NCBI GenBank assembly: GCA_963677435.1
Contig: OY781945.1
Coordinates: 1,920,001-1,984,000 of the forward strand
Reading direction: 5' to 3'
Source of the DNA: an uncultured Aliarcobacter sp.
Lineage (GTDB): Bacteria > Campylobacterota > Campylobacteria > Campylobacterales > Arcobacteraceae
DNA length: 64,000 nt
Shown here: positions 1 through 11,498 of the stretch, in pieces
Layout: the number at the start of each line of letters is the position of its first letter
Position numbering within the stretch: position 1 is the stretch's first letter
Position numbers and translations under genes: made by a program
Notes under the pieces: model-generated
Told to the model about the DNA's origin: nothing
Database searches by the model: none
Seen by the model: only the letters and a program-made list of their open reading frames with translations

Positions 1-614
1 CCATAAGGAATATGCTGAGTAATTAAAATAGGTGGTAAATCTCCTGGTAATCTTTTAAAAATTCTAAGTAATGATTCAACACCACCTGTAGAAGATCCAA
101 TTGATATTAACTTCATACCAGGAAAAGTTGCAGCTCTTAATGGTATTACTTCATCAGGATGAACCTTGTATTCAATATGAGTTGTCGGTTTAGAAGTTTT
201 TCGCAAAGCCTCTGGTTTCTTTAAAGTATATCTTTTCAATAAAAATGTTAGATTCAATAAAGTATCTTTAATTCTATCTTGAAATGATTGCATTGATTCA
301 CCATTTTCAGGTTTAGGAATAAATCCAACAGCACCATCATCGAAAATATCATTTCCTCTTACACCCTCACCTGATACAACAACTGCTGGCATAGGATGAA
401 GTCTCATTAAATTTCTTAAGAAAGTTACTCCATCCATTTTAGGCATATTTATATCAATTGTAACTAAATCTGGTTCATACTCTTTGATTTTTTCTCTTGC
501 ATCATATGCATCAGTTGCTACACATACAACTTCAAACTCATCAATAGAATTTATCATATCTTTGATGATTCTTCTCATTGAGGGTGAATCATCTATTACT
601 AAAACAGTATACAC
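1..614 (-). CDS. cheB: Chemotaxis response regulator/methylesterase CheB (partial, runs off window start)
   Basis: Manual translation from GTG at 614: MYTVLVIDDSPSMRRII...DINMPKMDG receiver domain, then the GSSTGG methylesterase motif; follows cheD. Confidence 0.9.
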   Translation of the reverse strand, partial: MYTVLVIDDSPSMRRIIKDMINSIDEFEVVCVATDAYDAREKIKEYEPDLVTIDINMPKMDGVTFLRNLMRLHPMPAVVVSGEGVRGNDIFDDGAVGFIPKPENGESMQSFQDRIKDTLLNLTFLLKRYTLKKPEALRKTSKPTTHIEYKVHPDEVIPLRAATFPGMKLISIGSSTGGVESLLRIFKRLPGDLPPILITQHIPY

Positions 615-638
615 TTATTTTACCACCCTACTTTATTT

Positions 639-1316
639 TTAGAAAAGTTCTATTTCCATTTGAGGTTCTGCCTCTTTATTATCAATACCAAATAATTCAA
701 CAGCACCAGAATATTCTTTGATAACAGGAGCTTTTGTAATCTCTTGTTGTAAAGATTTTTCTTCAGATAAGATTTTATTATCTGTTTCAGATTTTTGAGT
801 AACTTTAATAAAAGTTTCAAAATCATTAGCTAATAAAATTAATCTTCCATGTTCTCCACGAGTATGTTCACTAATTAATTTAAAGCCTTCTGATTTACAA
901 AAATCTTTTGCAAATTCTACATTTCTAAATCCAATAGATTGTGCAGATAAATTTATTTGCATAATATCAGCCCCACCTGATATTTTAGCTATCATGTTAT
1001 TTTTACTACAACCTAATTTGTACATTTCATTAAGCATAGCTTCAACAGAATATAAACCATATTTCATATCATCATTAGTATTATTAGTCTTTGGTAGTAA
1101 AAAGTGATTCATTCCTTTTATTTTGGTAACTTTATCATAAAACATAATTGCTACACAAGATCCTAATAAAGTTTTAAAAGCTATTTCTTCTATATCACTT
1201 CCAACAGCAAATTCTCCACCAATCACAGTATGAGTAGGGTATCCTTTCGTTTTTTGTGTAAATCTAACAGCTGAAGTTTTTTCAATACTTCCATCTTTAT
1301 GACCTATTACAATCAT
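639..1316 (-). CDS. cheD: Chemoreceptor glutamine deamidase CheD
   Basis: TLLGSCVA, GMNHFLLP and KISGGA motifs; lies between cheR and cheB. Confidence 0.9.
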   Translation of the reverse strand: MIVIGHKDGSIEKTSAVRFTQKTKGYPTHTVIGGEFAVGSDIEEIAFKTLLGSCVAIMFYDKVTKIKGMNHFLLPKTNNTNDDMKYGLYSVEAMLNEMYKLGCSKNNMIAKISGGADIMQINLSAQSIGFRNVEFAKDFCKSEGFKLISEHTRGEHGRLILLANDFETFIKVTQKSETDNKILSEEKSLQQEITKAPVIKEYSGAVELFGIDNKEAEPQMEIELF

Positions 1317-2158
1317 ATGATTTCCTTTTCTTTTACAAAAATATTTTGACCTACTCTTCTTACATAATGTACTAAATCCTGAGGATTTTCAGAGTGACCA
1401 ATATATAATGTTCCACCTATTTTAAGATGTTTAAATAACTTTTTTAAAATTTCATTTTGATCTTCAACAGAAAAATATATTAAAACATTTCTACAAAAAA
1501 TAACATCAAATTGATTTTTTGAGAATGGATATGCATTATCATTTAAATTCATTACTTGAAAAGTAATCATTTTTTTCAAATCATCATTAACTTTTATTAA
1601 AACTTCTTCACCTGCAAGATTTTTTTGTACTCTTCTTTTGAAGAAATTTTGTGGTTTAATCCAACTTGGAAATTCTTTTGAAGATTTTGAGTATCTGTAA
1701 ATACCATTTGCTGCATATTGTAAAACATTTGTATCAATATCAGTAGCAATTATTGAAGCTGTCAAATTTTTATTTAATTCTTCTTTAGCTTTTAATACAG
1801 TCATTGCCATGGAATATGGTTCTTCTCCTGTTGAAGAAGCAGAACAATACATATTTATTTTTTCTCCACTCTTTGCAAACATTGGCAAAACTCTATCTTT
1901 TAAATCAACAAAATGGAAATCTTCCCTAAAAAAATGTGTTTTATTAGTTGTAAATGAATTAATAAATTCAGTTACACTATTTCCTTGTTCTATAGAATCC
2001 AAAAGCTCCATAATATCACCAGAGAAGCCACAATTTCTTTTTAATTTATCAATTCTATTTGAAATCATAATATCTTTATTCTCTGAAAGTGTTATACCTG
2101 TCAAAGAATAAAGAAGCTTTTTTACTTTATTATGTACATCTTGTGTCGTATATTTCAT
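1313..2158 (-). CDS. cheR: Chemotaxis methyltransferase CheR
   Basis: TTNKTHFFRE, ASSTGEEPYS, IFCRNVLIYF, GHSE motifs. Confidence 0.95.
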   Translation of the reverse strand: MKYTTQDVHNKVKKLLYSLTGITLSENKDIMISNRIDKLKRNCGFSGDIMELLDSIEQGNSVTEFINSFTTNKTHFFREDFHFVDLKDRVLPMFAKSGEKINMYCSASSTGEEPYSMAMTVLKAKEELNKNLTASIIATDIDTNVLQYAANGIYRYSKSSKEFPSWIKPQNFFKRRVQKNLAGEEVLIKVNDDLKKMITFQVMNLNDNAYPFSKNQFDVIFCRNVLIYFSVEDQNEILKKLFKHLKIGGTLYIGHSENPQDLVHYVRRVGQNIFVKEKEII

Positions 2159-2161
2159 GTA

Positions 2162-4252
2162 TTAAGATGCTTTTTTAGCTATGCTCATATCTCGCTCAAC
2201 TTTTATTTGAGCATTAATAATTCCAACTACATCTAAAATTAGACCTATACTTCCATCACCTCTTACTGTTGCTGCTCCAATTCCTTGAACACTTCTAAAG
2301 TTTTTATCTAAAGGTTTTACAACAACTTGATGTTGATTTAAGAACTCATCAATAGATAATGCAACTTTTGTATTACCAGATTTTACAACAATTAACATAC
2401 CCTCTTCTAGTTTACTAAAACTTTTTTCGAGCCCAAATAATTGATGTAACTTAACAACTGGAATAAATTCTTCTCTTAACATTAATAAATCTTGAGTTCC
2501 ATCACCAATTTTTTTAATCATATCAGCTGTTGGCTGTAATGATTCTACAATAGAACTTAATGGTAAAATATATTTTTGACTTCCAACTTTTATATCTAAT
2601 CCATCTAAAATAGCAAGAGTTAGAGGTAACATAATTGTAATTGTTGTACCAATATTTAAATGAGTATCTAATTTAATTGCACCACCTAGTTTATGAATAT
2701 TTGTTTTAACAACATCCATTCCAACGCCTCTTCCTGAGATATCAGTAATTTGATCAGCTGTTGAAACACCTGCACCGAAAATTAACATAGCTTTTTCATT
2801 ATCATTCATAGTATTAAATTGATTTTCATCAATTTGTCCTTGTTCTAATGCTTTTTGAGCTACTTTTTCAAAATTAATACCTTTTCCATCATCTTCAATA
2901 GTAATAATCATTTGTCCATTTGCTTGTTCAGCAGTAATACTAATTGAACCAACTTCTGGTTTACTTGTAAGCTCTCTTTCTGCAGCTGTTTCAATACCAT
3001 GATCAAGAGAATTTCTAATGATGTGCATTAAAGGATCTGTTAATCCTTCAATCATTGCTTTGTCAATTTCAACATTATCACCGTAATGTTTAAACTCAAC
3101 TTTTTTACCAAGTTTTTTAGAAATATCTCTAACAACTTTTGGAAATTTAGAATAAATTGATTCCATAGGAACCATTCTAATACTCATAATAGAATCTTGC
3201 ATATCTCTAATATGCCTTTCAAGTAATTCTAATCTTTCTAAAACAGAATTTCTTGTTTTTGTCTCTTCAATTGTAGAAGAAAATTGAGTAAGCATTGCAT
3301 TTGTAATAACCAAATCACCAACATTGTTCATTAATAAATCAATTTTATCAAGATTTACTCTAATACTATTGTTATTATTTGAAACTGATTTTTTAGCTCC
3401 ACCTGTCTCTTCATCTTCTTCTTTTTGTCTAGGTTTTCTAGCTACTACTTCTTTCTCCTCTTGAACTTTTATTACTTCAACAGGTTTTACAGTTTCTTCT
3501 TTAATTTCATTTGTTTCCATAACTGAATTTGAGCTAATTTCTGGCATTTCATCAAAGAAACCAAAATTTTCTTTATCTTCAGTCGAAATTTTAAAATCAC
3601 TATCTTTAGTATTATCAGAAATTGTCTCTAAATCTTGATCATAAAAACCAAAATTTTTATGAACTTCATCTATTTCATCATCAGCAAATATTCCATAAGC
3701 TTTATTTTTACTATCCCTTTGATCATTTAAATCATCATCAAAGAAACCAAAATTATCACTATCTAAAACTTCTGGTGTTTCTTTTTTTGTTTCTACTACT
3801 TTTGGTGCTTCAACAACTTTAACAACTGCTGGTTCAGCTTTTTTAGCAACTGCTCCATTTGAATATGCTCTAATCTCTTCTAATAAAGAAGTAGTCATAT
3901 TTGTAAAAGTTTCTCTAGTTAATGTATCTGATACTTCCAGATCCAAAATTTCTTTCATAACATCAAGTCCATCAATAAGCGTTTCTGCCATTTCAGGAAT
4001 GAATTCAATTTTATGATTTCTTAACTTATCCATTAGATTTTCAACATCATGTGTAAATTCAGCAAAAAAAGCTAATTCAACAGAAGCTCCACTTCCTTTT
4101 AGAGTATGTACATCTCTAAAAAGTTGACCCATTTCTTCATCTGTTAACGAGCCATTATTTTCAGCTGCTAATAAAACATTATCTGCTGATTCAAAAAGCT
4201 CTTCAGCTTCTTCAAGAAACATTTCTCTATATTTGGAAATATCAAACGACAT
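2162..4252 (-). CDS. cheA: Chemotaxis histidine kinase CheA
   Basis: HPt FRDVHTLKG, HATPase HIIRNSLDHG/DDGKG/SGRGVGMDVV, C-terminal CheW-like domain. Confidence 0.95.
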   Translation of the reverse strand: MSFDISKYREMFLEEAEELFESADNVLLAAENNGSLTDEEMGQLFRDVHTLKGSGASVELAFFAEFTHDVENLMDKLRNHKIEFIPEMAETLIDGLDVMKEILDLEVSDTLTRETFTNMTTSLLEEIRAYSNGAVAKKAEPAVVKVVEAPKVVETKKETPEVLDSDNFGFFDDDLNDQRDSKNKAYGIFADDEIDEVHKNFGFYDQDLETISDNTKDSDFKISTEDKENFGFFDEMPEISSNSVMETNEIKEETVKPVEVIKVQEEKEVVARKPRQKEEDEETGGAKKSVSNNNNSIRVNLDKIDLLMNNVGDLVITNAMLTQFSSTIEETKTRNSVLERLELLERHIRDMQDSIMSIRMVPMESIYSKFPKVVRDISKKLGKKVEFKHYGDNVEIDKAMIEGLTDPLMHIIRNSLDHGIETAAERELTSKPEVGSISITAEQANGQMIITIEDDGKGINFEKVAQKALEQGQIDENQFNTMNDNEKAMLIFGAGVSTADQITDISGRGVGMDVVKTNIHKLGGAIKLDTHLNIGTTITIMLPLTLAILDGLDIKVGSQKYILPLSSIVESLQPTADMIKKIGDGTQDLLMLREEFIPVVKLHQLFGLEKSFSKLEEGMLIVVKSGNTKVALSIDEFLNQHQVVVKPLDKNFRSVQGIGAATVRGDGSIGLILDVVGIINAQIKVERDMSIAKKAS

Positions 4253-4262
4253 GAGAACTCCT

Positions 4263-4631
4263 TTATCTACTTAAAACTATATTAACTGCTTTTAACAATT
4301 GGTCTGGTACAAATGGTTTAACAATCCAACCTGTTGCTCCTGCAGCTTTACCCCTTGCTTTCATTTCATCACTTCTTTCAGTAGTAAGTACTAAAATTGG
4401 TTTTTTAGAATATTGTGGTATTTTTCTTAATTCACCTATTAGTGTTAATCCATCCATATTAGGCATATTAACATCTGTAATTATTAAATCGAAATCAGCA
4501 GCCTTAGCTTTTGCTAAACCATCAACACCATCAACTGCTTCAGTTACATCTGTGTAACCACCCTCGTTTAGTGCATAGTTCAGCATATCTCTTAGCATTG
4601 TAGAATCATCTACTATCAAAAGCTTAGCCAT
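4263..4631 (-). CDS. cheY: CheY-like single-domain response regulator
   Basis: LIVDD, DVNMPNMDG, LTTE, WIVKPF; first gene of the che operon. Confidence 0.9.
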   Translation of the reverse strand: MAKLLIVDDSTMLRDMLNYALNEGGYTDVTEAVDGVDGLAKAKAADFDLIITDVNMPNMDGLTLIGELRKIPQYSKKPILVLTTERSDEMKARGKAAGATGWIVKPFVPDQLLKAVNIVLSR

Positions 4632-4774
4632 ATTAAAACCCCTTAAGTTTTCTTAAAAAAATTATTTTTACTATACTAACTAAAGAAATATTAATTTAGG
4701 GTTAGAGTAGCTCTAAAAATTAGAACTTTGTAACTTATTATAGAAATATATGAGAGATTTTTTATAAATGAGAG

Positions 4775-4804
4775 AGGAAGTAAGGTTTTAGAATCTTACT
4801 TCCT
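4775..4804 (-). terminator. Hairpin downstream of pnp, probable terminator
   Basis: AGGAAGTAAG / CTTACTTCCT inverted repeat just past the pnp stop. Confidence 0.55.
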
Positions 4805-4817
4805 TAAAGATATTTTA

Positions 4818-6992
4818 TTAATTAGAAGATAATTCTATTCTATCTTTTTTAACTTTTAATACTTTTACTTCTATTTCTTGTCCTACAGATAAAATATCTG
4901 AAACATTATTTACTCTTTCTTTTGAGATTTTAGAAATATGTAAAAGTCCTTCACCACCTTTTGGTAATAATATAAATGCACCAAAATCAACAACTCTTTC
5001 AACTTTTCCTAAAACCACTTCATCAATTGCATATAATTTTTCAAAATCTACATTTTTTTGAGAATCTTTTCTCGCAGGAGCATTATTAGAAATAGTTTTA
5101 ATATGCTCACAAGCATCTAAAACATTCTGTTTATTTCCACCACTTACTTTTACTGTTCCACTATCTCTATCTAAATCAATTGATACTGTAAATTTCTCAA
5201 TAATTTCTTTAATTGTTGCTCCTGCTTTTCCAATAATAACCATTATTTTACTTGGATCTATAGCAAATTGCTCAACTAATGGCAGTGCTTGACTTGGAAC
5301 AATTTCAGTTGATGCTTCTTCCATTAGAGATAAAATATGAATTCTTCCTTCTTTAGCTTGAAGTAATGCTTCTTTTAATACAGATAATTCAATTCCACCT
5401 AATTTAATATCCATTTGTAAAGCAGTAATTCCTTTTGTTGTGCCAGCAACTTTAAAGTCCATATCTCCATCATGGTCTTCTAATCCCATAATATCAGTTA
5501 GAACAGAATATTTATCACCTTCAACAACCATACCCATAGCAACACCAGCTACAAGATTTGAAATAGGAACACCAGCTGCTTTTAAAGCTAATGAACCACC
5601 ACAAACAGTTGCCATTGATGAAGAACCATTTGATTCTAATATTTCAGAAACTAATCTTACTGTTTCATTATAATCCGTATCTATTGTAGATTCAAGTGCT
5701 TTTTTACCTAAATTTCCATGACCTAATTCTCTTCTACCTACACCAAACATAGGTTTTGCTTCACCAACAGAAAAACCAGGGAAGTTATAATGAACCATAA
5801 ATCTATCAACTAAAGTCGATTTATCTGTTAAAACTTCATACATTTGACCATCTTTAGGTCCAGCAAGTGTAGCAATTACTAAAGCTTGTGTCTCTCCCCT
5901 TGTAAATAAACAAGAAGAATGAGTTGATGGTAAAAGATTAATTTCTATATCAATTGGTCTTACATCTTTAAGACCTCTTCCATCAGCTCTTATTTTATCA
6001 TTTACAATCATATTTCTAACGATTTCTCTTTTTACAATAGAAACTGCTTCATAAATTGTTGTAAATTCTAACTCATTTGTAGAACAATATTCATTTTTAG
6101 AAATCATTTTTGCAACATCTTTTAATTGAGTTGCTCTTTCACTTTTTGCTAATTTTTTTATAGCTTCTCTAATTTCATTTGAAAAATTATCTCTTACATA
6201 ATTTATAACAGATTCTTCAATTGTAAATTGAACCAGTTCAACTTCAACTTTTTCTTTACAAGAAGTTTCAAAACCTTTTTCATAAGTTAAGTTAGCCTCT
6301 TTTAATGAATCTTGAGCAAAAGCAATAGCTTCCACTAAAGTATCTTCATTCATCTCATTTGCATTATGAATTTTTGTAAATGCTTCAATATCAACTTCAA
6401 CCATTTCACTTGAAGAAATAGTCTTCATTTCAATCATTAATAATTCATCTTTTGAACCAGCTACATATAAATCTAAAGTAGAATTTCCCATTTCTTCTGG
6501 TGTTGGATTAATAATATAATTATCTTCAATCTTTCCAACTCTTACACCACAAACAGATTTTTTAATAGGAAGATTAGAAGTATACAATGCTGCATTTGCT
6601 GCGTTTAATGCTAAAGCTTGTAAATCAACATTTTTATCTGCACTTAAAACCATTACAGTAATTGTTGTAGGATAAACATAACCTTTTGGGAAAAGTGGTC
6701 TTAAACTTCTATCAATAACTCTTGATGTTAATGTTTCAAAATCACTTGGTTTCCCTTCTCTTTTTATAAATCCACCTGGTAATTTTGCTGCAGCATAAGT
6801 TTTTTCTATATATTGAACTGTTAATGGAGTGAAATCTTCACTTACTGGATTATCAAATTCACTTACAACCGTAGCTAATACAACTGCATTTCCTATTTTA
6901 GCTAATACTGAACCATTAGCTTGTTTAGCTACTTTTCCAAATTCGAAAACCTCTTGTTTTCCATTTAATTCAAATTCACAAACTGTTGACAT
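4818..6992 (-). CDS. pnp: Polyribonucleotide nucleotidyltransferase (PNPase)
   Basis: RVIDRSLRPLF, FTRGETQ, SNGSSSMA, GDMDFKVAG, KH and S1 domains. Confidence 0.97.
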   Translation of the reverse strand: MSTVCEFELNGKQEVFEFGKVAKQANGSVLAKIGNAVVLATVVSEFDNPVSEDFTPLTVQYIEKTYAAAKLPGGFIKREGKPSDFETLTSRVIDRSLRPLFPKGYVYPTTITVMVLSADKNVDLQALALNAANAALYTSNLPIKKSVCGVRVGKIEDNYIINPTPEEMGNSTLDLYVAGSKDELLMIEMKTISSSEMVEVDIEAFTKIHNANEMNEDTLVEAIAFAQDSLKEANLTYEKGFETSCKEKVEVELVQFTIEESVINYVRDNFSNEIREAIKKLAKSERATQLKDVAKMISKNEYCSTNELEFTTIYEAVSIVKREIVRNMIVNDKIRADGRGLKDVRPIDIEINLLPSTHSSCLFTRGETQALVIATLAGPKDGQMYEVLTDKSTLVDRFMVHYNFPGFSVGEAKPMFGVGRRELGHGNLGKKALESTIDTDYNETVRLVSEILESNGSSSMATVCGGSLALKAAGVPISNLVAGVAMGMVVEGDKYSVLTDIMGLEDHDGDMDFKVAGTTKGITALQMDIKLGGIELSVLKEALLQAKEGRIHILSLMEEASTEIVPSQALPLVEQFAIDPSKIMVIIGKAGATIKEIIEKFTVSIDLDRDSGTVKVSGGNKQNVLDACEHIKTISNNAPARKDSQKNVDFEKLYAIDEVVLGKVERVVDFGAFILLPKGGEGLLHISKISKERVNNVSDILSVGQEIEVKVLKVKKDRIELSSN

Positions 6993-6997
6993 ACTTT

Positions 6998-7648
6998 TTA
7001 TCCTTTATTTATTTTCTCTATATCTTCAAAACTAACATCATCTAAACTATCATAATAAAAATCAATTTCCACAAAATGATCTAATTTTTTAATAAAATAT
7101 AAATCATCTGCAATAGATTCTATTGTAGAAATACTAGCTGTTGGTAAAATTGGAGTTGCTACTGAAATAGACTTTGCTTTTAAATTAATAGCTGTTTTAA
7201 TACAAGCCATCATTGTTAAACCTGTATTAATTCCCTCATCAACTATCAATACATTCTTATTTTCAAATTTTTGAATCTTTTCCCCATGTCTAAACTTACT
7301 TACTGTTTTAATAATAGATTCTTCATATACTTGTTTTGATTTTGAGTATACATAATCTAAACTAATATCAAATGATTTAACTAGTTCTTCATGTATAAGA
7401 ACTTCTTCATGCTCTGTAACAACAGCTATTTCACAATCCTCATTGTTAGGAGCATAAATTTTCTCTGAAAACATAATATCATATTTACTATTAAGAGCAT
7501 TTGCAACTATTCTTGCGATTTCAAATCCACCATAAGAACTTGCAATTACAGTCCAATCTTCTAATTTCATACTATCAATTGGTAAAACATCTAACAATCT
7601 ATAAGCTGCGACTTCTCTATTTTTAAAATATATTCTGTCAGGATTCAT
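6998..7648 (-). CDS. Phosphoribosyltransferase-family protein
   Basis: VLIVDEGINTGLT PRPP-loop-like motif; FKNREVAA N-terminus. Confidence 0.75.
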   Translation of the reverse strand: MNPDRIYFKNREVAAYRLLDVLPIDSMKLEDWTVIASSYGGFEIARIVANALNSKYDIMFSEKIYAPNNEDCEIAVVTEHEEVLIHEELVKSFDISLDYVYSKSKQVYEESIIKTVSKFRHGEKIQKFENKNVLIVDEGINTGLTMMACIKTAINLKAKSISVATPILPTASISTIESIADDLYFIKKLDHFVEIDFYYDSLDDVSFEDIEKINKG

Positions 7649-9768
7649 TGTTTTTTATCTTCAAGGTTATATTTTTGTTTAATTCCACCTAATGGTTTCA
7701 ATAAAATAGTTGCATAAATAATTCGTTGATCGATTGAAGAATAATTAGTCCCAGAAGAAGGAACAACATTGTTTTCATATCTTAAATCTAAATTCCAACA
7801 ACTATCATCCATATTAAAACTAATACCTTGTTTACTTCTTTTATGTTCTATCAAATCATAGTTTTCATAATATGAGACTTTATAATCTTTAGCTATTTTA
7901 TAAGAAGTTTTTAATCTATATGACTCTAAATCTTCTCTACTATTAAAAATATTATCTGTTTGTTTTGATTTATAATAACCAAGGCCTAAAGATAAATCTT
8001 TATAAGTAAATACAGTATCTGCACTATTTTCAACAAATTGTTGATCTTCTACATTGTAAACTACTTTACCACCAATACTTCCATATTCATGGTAAACTTT
8101 TACAGAATTTTCTAAATCTTCTAATTTTGGGTCATTTAAAGTATCGTATAAAATTGATTGAGAAATTTTATGATTAACTAATTGCTTTAAACTATATTTA
8201 TCATATAAAGATTGATTAGCAGATAGTTTTATATTCTTTTCTTCTTGAGTAAGTGGAAAAGCTTTCAACTCTTGCTCTTTTGCTGAACCAGATTCTGTAG
8301 TTATTTTGTATAAATCTCCATCTTCTTCAAGATTTTTTGGAACTATATATTCTGCTTTTAAATTAACCGTATGTAAATAGTCTTCATAGGGTTTTATAAG
8401 GTCACTTCCAATTCCAACAGAAGTTCTATTTTGAATTAGTGTTCCATCGTTATATCTAGTATTACCATAATTATCATAATCATATTTACTAATTGTAGTC
8501 TTATTTTCTACAAAACCATACATAAAATCATCTAAGAAATGTTTACTATAACTTAAAGGCAAACTCACTTCATATATATTAGCAGTAATTCCTTCAGGTC
8601 TTGTGTAATTCATTGCTTTTGTATCTATAGAGTAAATTAGATTATCAAAAAACAATTCTTTATTATATGAATGAAATTGTACTTGAGGTAATTCTTGTAA
8701 TGTAGTTTTATTTGAATCTTTTGAACCATCAATATAATATCTACCATAAATACCTCCATAATAAGAAGAAGTATCATAAAAGTAATTAACTTTAGATTCA
8801 ACTTTCTTATCTGTTGAATTCAAACTTTCTTTATCTTCTAGTGTAATATATTCAATATCATTAAAATATGTAAGTGATGTAAATAAACCATCTTGAGAAT
8901 CATTTGAAGATAAAATATCTCTTCTTTTATAGTCCAAATCAAAACCATAGTGAGTCTGATTTTGCAAACCATTTTCTAAATAATAATCATCTTTTTCTTT
9001 AAAAGCACCAGTTTTTATTTCTAATAATGAATCAGGGGAATCTGCATATCTATAATATGCATAGCCACCAGAACCTCTTTTAGTTCTTGTTTGGGGGATT
9101 AATTCAATATCATAATTATATGCAGGTGCAAAATATATGGGTTGAGAATAAGAGAGGCCTTCAGTTTTAGAATATCCAACGGTTGGAAGTAATAGACCTG
9201 TTCTCCTTCTTGTGTCAGTTGGAAAACCAATGTAAGGAGTATAAAAGACAGGAACATCTTTAACATATAATCTTGAATTATAAGCATTTATCCATTTTTT
9301 TTCTATATCATAATCAGCTGATGATGCTCGAATACTCCAAACTGGATCTAAACAATCACAAGAAGAAATAATCGTGCTATCAAGTTCTACATCATTTTTT
9401 TGTCTATCTGAAGTTTTCGAATTTATCCAAATTTTATTACTTTGTTCTTGTAAAAACATTGGACTTTGATTAAAAGAATCTTTTTTCAAATCAATGAAAG
9501 CATAATTACTTTGTGTTTGAATATTATTATCTTTAATTACTAAAACATTATCAAAAAGTTCAAAAGTTTCTTCTTCTTTATTATAAATAACTTTATCTGC
9601 ACTTAAATAATAAGTTGGAGAATAAATAACAACATTACCACTTGCAGTAACTATATTTTCAACTGAATTAACATTCTTTGCAACTAACTGAAACTTTTCA
9701 TCTTTTAACTCTTGTGCTTGAATCAAACATGAAGCAACAATTAATGACGCTATTATTTTTTTATGCAT
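7645..9768 (-). CDS. lptD: LPS-assembly protein LptD
   Basis: Signal peptide, ISSC..C...W, VPVFYTPY, RRTGLL, C-terminal DSCW; aromatic-rich barrel. Confidence 0.85.
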   Translation of the reverse strand: MHKKIIASLIVASCLIQAQELKDEKFQLVAKNVNSVENIVTASGNVVIYSPTYYLSADKVIYNKEEETFELFDNVLVIKDNNIQTQSNYAFIDLKKDSFNQSPMFLQEQSNKIWINSKTSDRQKNDVELDSTIISSCDCLDPVWSIRASSADYDIEKKWINAYNSRLYVKDVPVFYTPYIGFPTDTRRRTGLLLPTVGYSKTEGLSYSQPIYFAPAYNYDIELIPQTRTKRGSGGYAYYRYADSPDSLLEIKTGAFKEKDDYYLENGLQNQTHYGFDLDYKRRDILSSNDSQDGLFTSLTYFNDIEYITLEDKESLNSTDKKVESKVNYFYDTSSYYGGIYGRYYIDGSKDSNKTTLQELPQVQFHSYNKELFFDNLIYSIDTKAMNYTRPEGITANIYEVSLPLSYSKHFLDDFMYGFVENKTTISKYDYDNYGNTRYNDGTLIQNRTSVGIGSDLIKPYEDYLHTVNLKAEYIVPKNLEEDGDLYKITTESGSAKEQELKAFPLTQEEKNIKLSANQSLYDKYSLKQLVNHKISQSILYDTLNDPKLEDLENSVKVYHEYGSIGGKVVYNVEDQQFVENSADTVFTYKDLSLGLGYYKSKQTDNIFNSREDLESYRLKTSYKIAKDYKVSYYENYDLIEHKRSKQGISFNMDDSCWNLDLRYENNVVPSSGTNYSSIDQRIIYATILLKPLGGIKQKYNLEDKKQ

Positions 9769-10198
9769 TTACTACCAACGTTCTACCTACAATATCATGA
9801 AAAGTTTTTTTACCATCATTAAAGAAACCAATCAAGAATCCAACATAAAAAAACATTTCTGAAAATACTCTTCCTATAGATCTTAAAAGTGATGATAAAA
9901 AAGAAACCCTTCCCCAATGATTTGCATCAATTACTCTAATTTTAGCCACAATTTTACCCACTGATGCCCCATAATACCAAACAAAAAATGTTTGATATAC
10001 AATTTTCAATGCAATTAATGGTAAAGCCAATTGTGTTTCTATTAAAACCATCATTGCATCCATATCTTGACTAACTGCAAAAATATTTTCCCAAAATATT
10101 ATCATAACAATTACAGTAACTAATATATCATCAATTACAAATGCTAATGCTCGTGAACGCAAAGAAGCTAATTGAAGATCTGTACTATTGTTTTGCAT
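9761..10198 (-). CDS. RDD family membrane protein
   Basis: LASLRSRALAFVID, GASVGK, FHDIVGRT. Confidence 0.85.
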   Translation of the reverse strand: MQNNSTDLQLASLRSRALAFVIDDILVTVIVMIIFWENIFAVSQDMDAMMVLIETQLALPLIALKIVYQTFFVWYYGASVGKIVAKIRVIDANHWGRVSFLSSLLRSIGRVFSEMFFYVGFLIGFFNDGKKTFHDIVGRTLVVNA

Positions 10199-10204
10199 TA
10201 ATAT

Positions 10205-11470
10205 TTACTTTAAAGCTTGATATGCAATATCAGATCTACATTTTTTACCAGCAAAATGTACTTGTCCACATAAAGCATATGCTCTATCTCTTGCTTCTTT
10301 AATACTTTTTCCAAATCCAACACAAACTAATACTCTTCCACCGGTTGCCATTAATTTATCATCAATTTTTTCAACACCAGCATAAGAAATATGAGAATTA
10401 TTTAATAAATCTTCATCAACAATATTATCAACTATAATTTCAGCAGGTGTACTTGAACCATAAGGATAATTTCCACTTGCCATTACAACACCAACACCAA
10501 ACTCTTTTTTGATTTTAATATCTAATTTATCAAGTTGTTTTGTAGCACCCTTATAAAATAGCTCAGATACTGGAGTTTCCAATAAAGGCATTAAAATTTC
10601 ACACTCAGGATCACCAAATCTAACATTGTATTCTAAAATAATTGGCTCACCTTTAACTACCATTACACCAATAAAAAGGACCCCCTCAAATGGAGCTCCC
10701 TCTTGTTTCATACCAGCAAGTGTTGGAATAATTACTCTTTCTTCTATCTTTTTATAAATATCATCATTTACTAAAGGAGTTGGAGCATATGCACCCATTC
10801 CTCCTGTATTTGGTCCAGTATCACCGTCACCTATTCTTTTGTGGTCTTGAGCAGCTGGTAATACTTTATAATTTTCACCATCACAAATAGCAAAAACTGA
10901 TAATTCATATCCATCTAAATACTCTTCTACAACTATAGAAGTTCCAGCATCTCCAAAAGAAGCACCTGAAAGCATATCTGAAGTTGCTGTTTTTGCTTCT
11001 TCTTTTGATTGAGCAATAATTACACCTTTACCTGCACATAAACCATCTGCTTTTACAACTATTGGTAAATTCATTGTATCAATAAAATCAAAAGCTTCTT
11101 TTTCATTTGAAGTCTCTATAAACGCTGCTGTTGGTATGTTATATTTTTTTAATATATTTTTCATATAAACTTTTGAACCTTCAAGTTGAGCTGCTGCTGC
11201 ACTTGGTCCAAAAATTGTTAAACCATTTTGTTTAAATATATCAACAACACCATCTACTAATGGAGCTTCTGGTCCCACAATTGTCAAATCAATAGAATTA
11301 TCTTTTGCCCAAAGAGCTAATTGATTATAATCTTTAATATTTATATTTGTTCCCAATCTGTCAGTTGCACCATTTCCTGGCATAAAAAATAGATTATGAG
11401 CATTTTCTTTGTATATTGCTAATCCAATAGAGTACTCTCTACCACCATTACCAAGTATCAATATGTTCAC
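10205..11470 (-). CDS. purD: Phosphoribosylamine--glycine ligase
   Basis: [44 protein letters not shown]. Confidence 0.97.
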   Translation of the reverse strand: MNILILGNGGREYSIGLAIYKENAHNLFFMPGNGATDRLGTNINIKDYNQLALWAKDNSIDLTIVGPEAPLVDGVVDIFKQNGLTIFGPSAAAAQLEGSKVYMKNILKKYNIPTAAFIETSNEKEAFDFIDTMNLPIVVKADGLCAGKGVIIAQSKEEAKTATSDMLSGASFGDAGTSIVVEEYLDGYELSVFAICDGENYKVLPAAQDHKRIGDGDTGPNTGGMGAYAPTPLVNDDIYKKIEERVIIPTLAGMKQEGAPFEGVLFIGVMVVKGEPIILEYNVRFGDPECEILMPLLETPVSELFYKGATKQLDKLDIKIKKEFGVGVVMASGNYPYGSSTPAEIIVDNIVDEDLLNNSHISYAGVEKIDDKLMATGGRVLVCVGFGKSIKEARDRAYALCGQVHFAGKKCRSDIAYQALK

Positions 11471-11498
11471 GATAATTCCTTGTATTATAAATTAAAAA

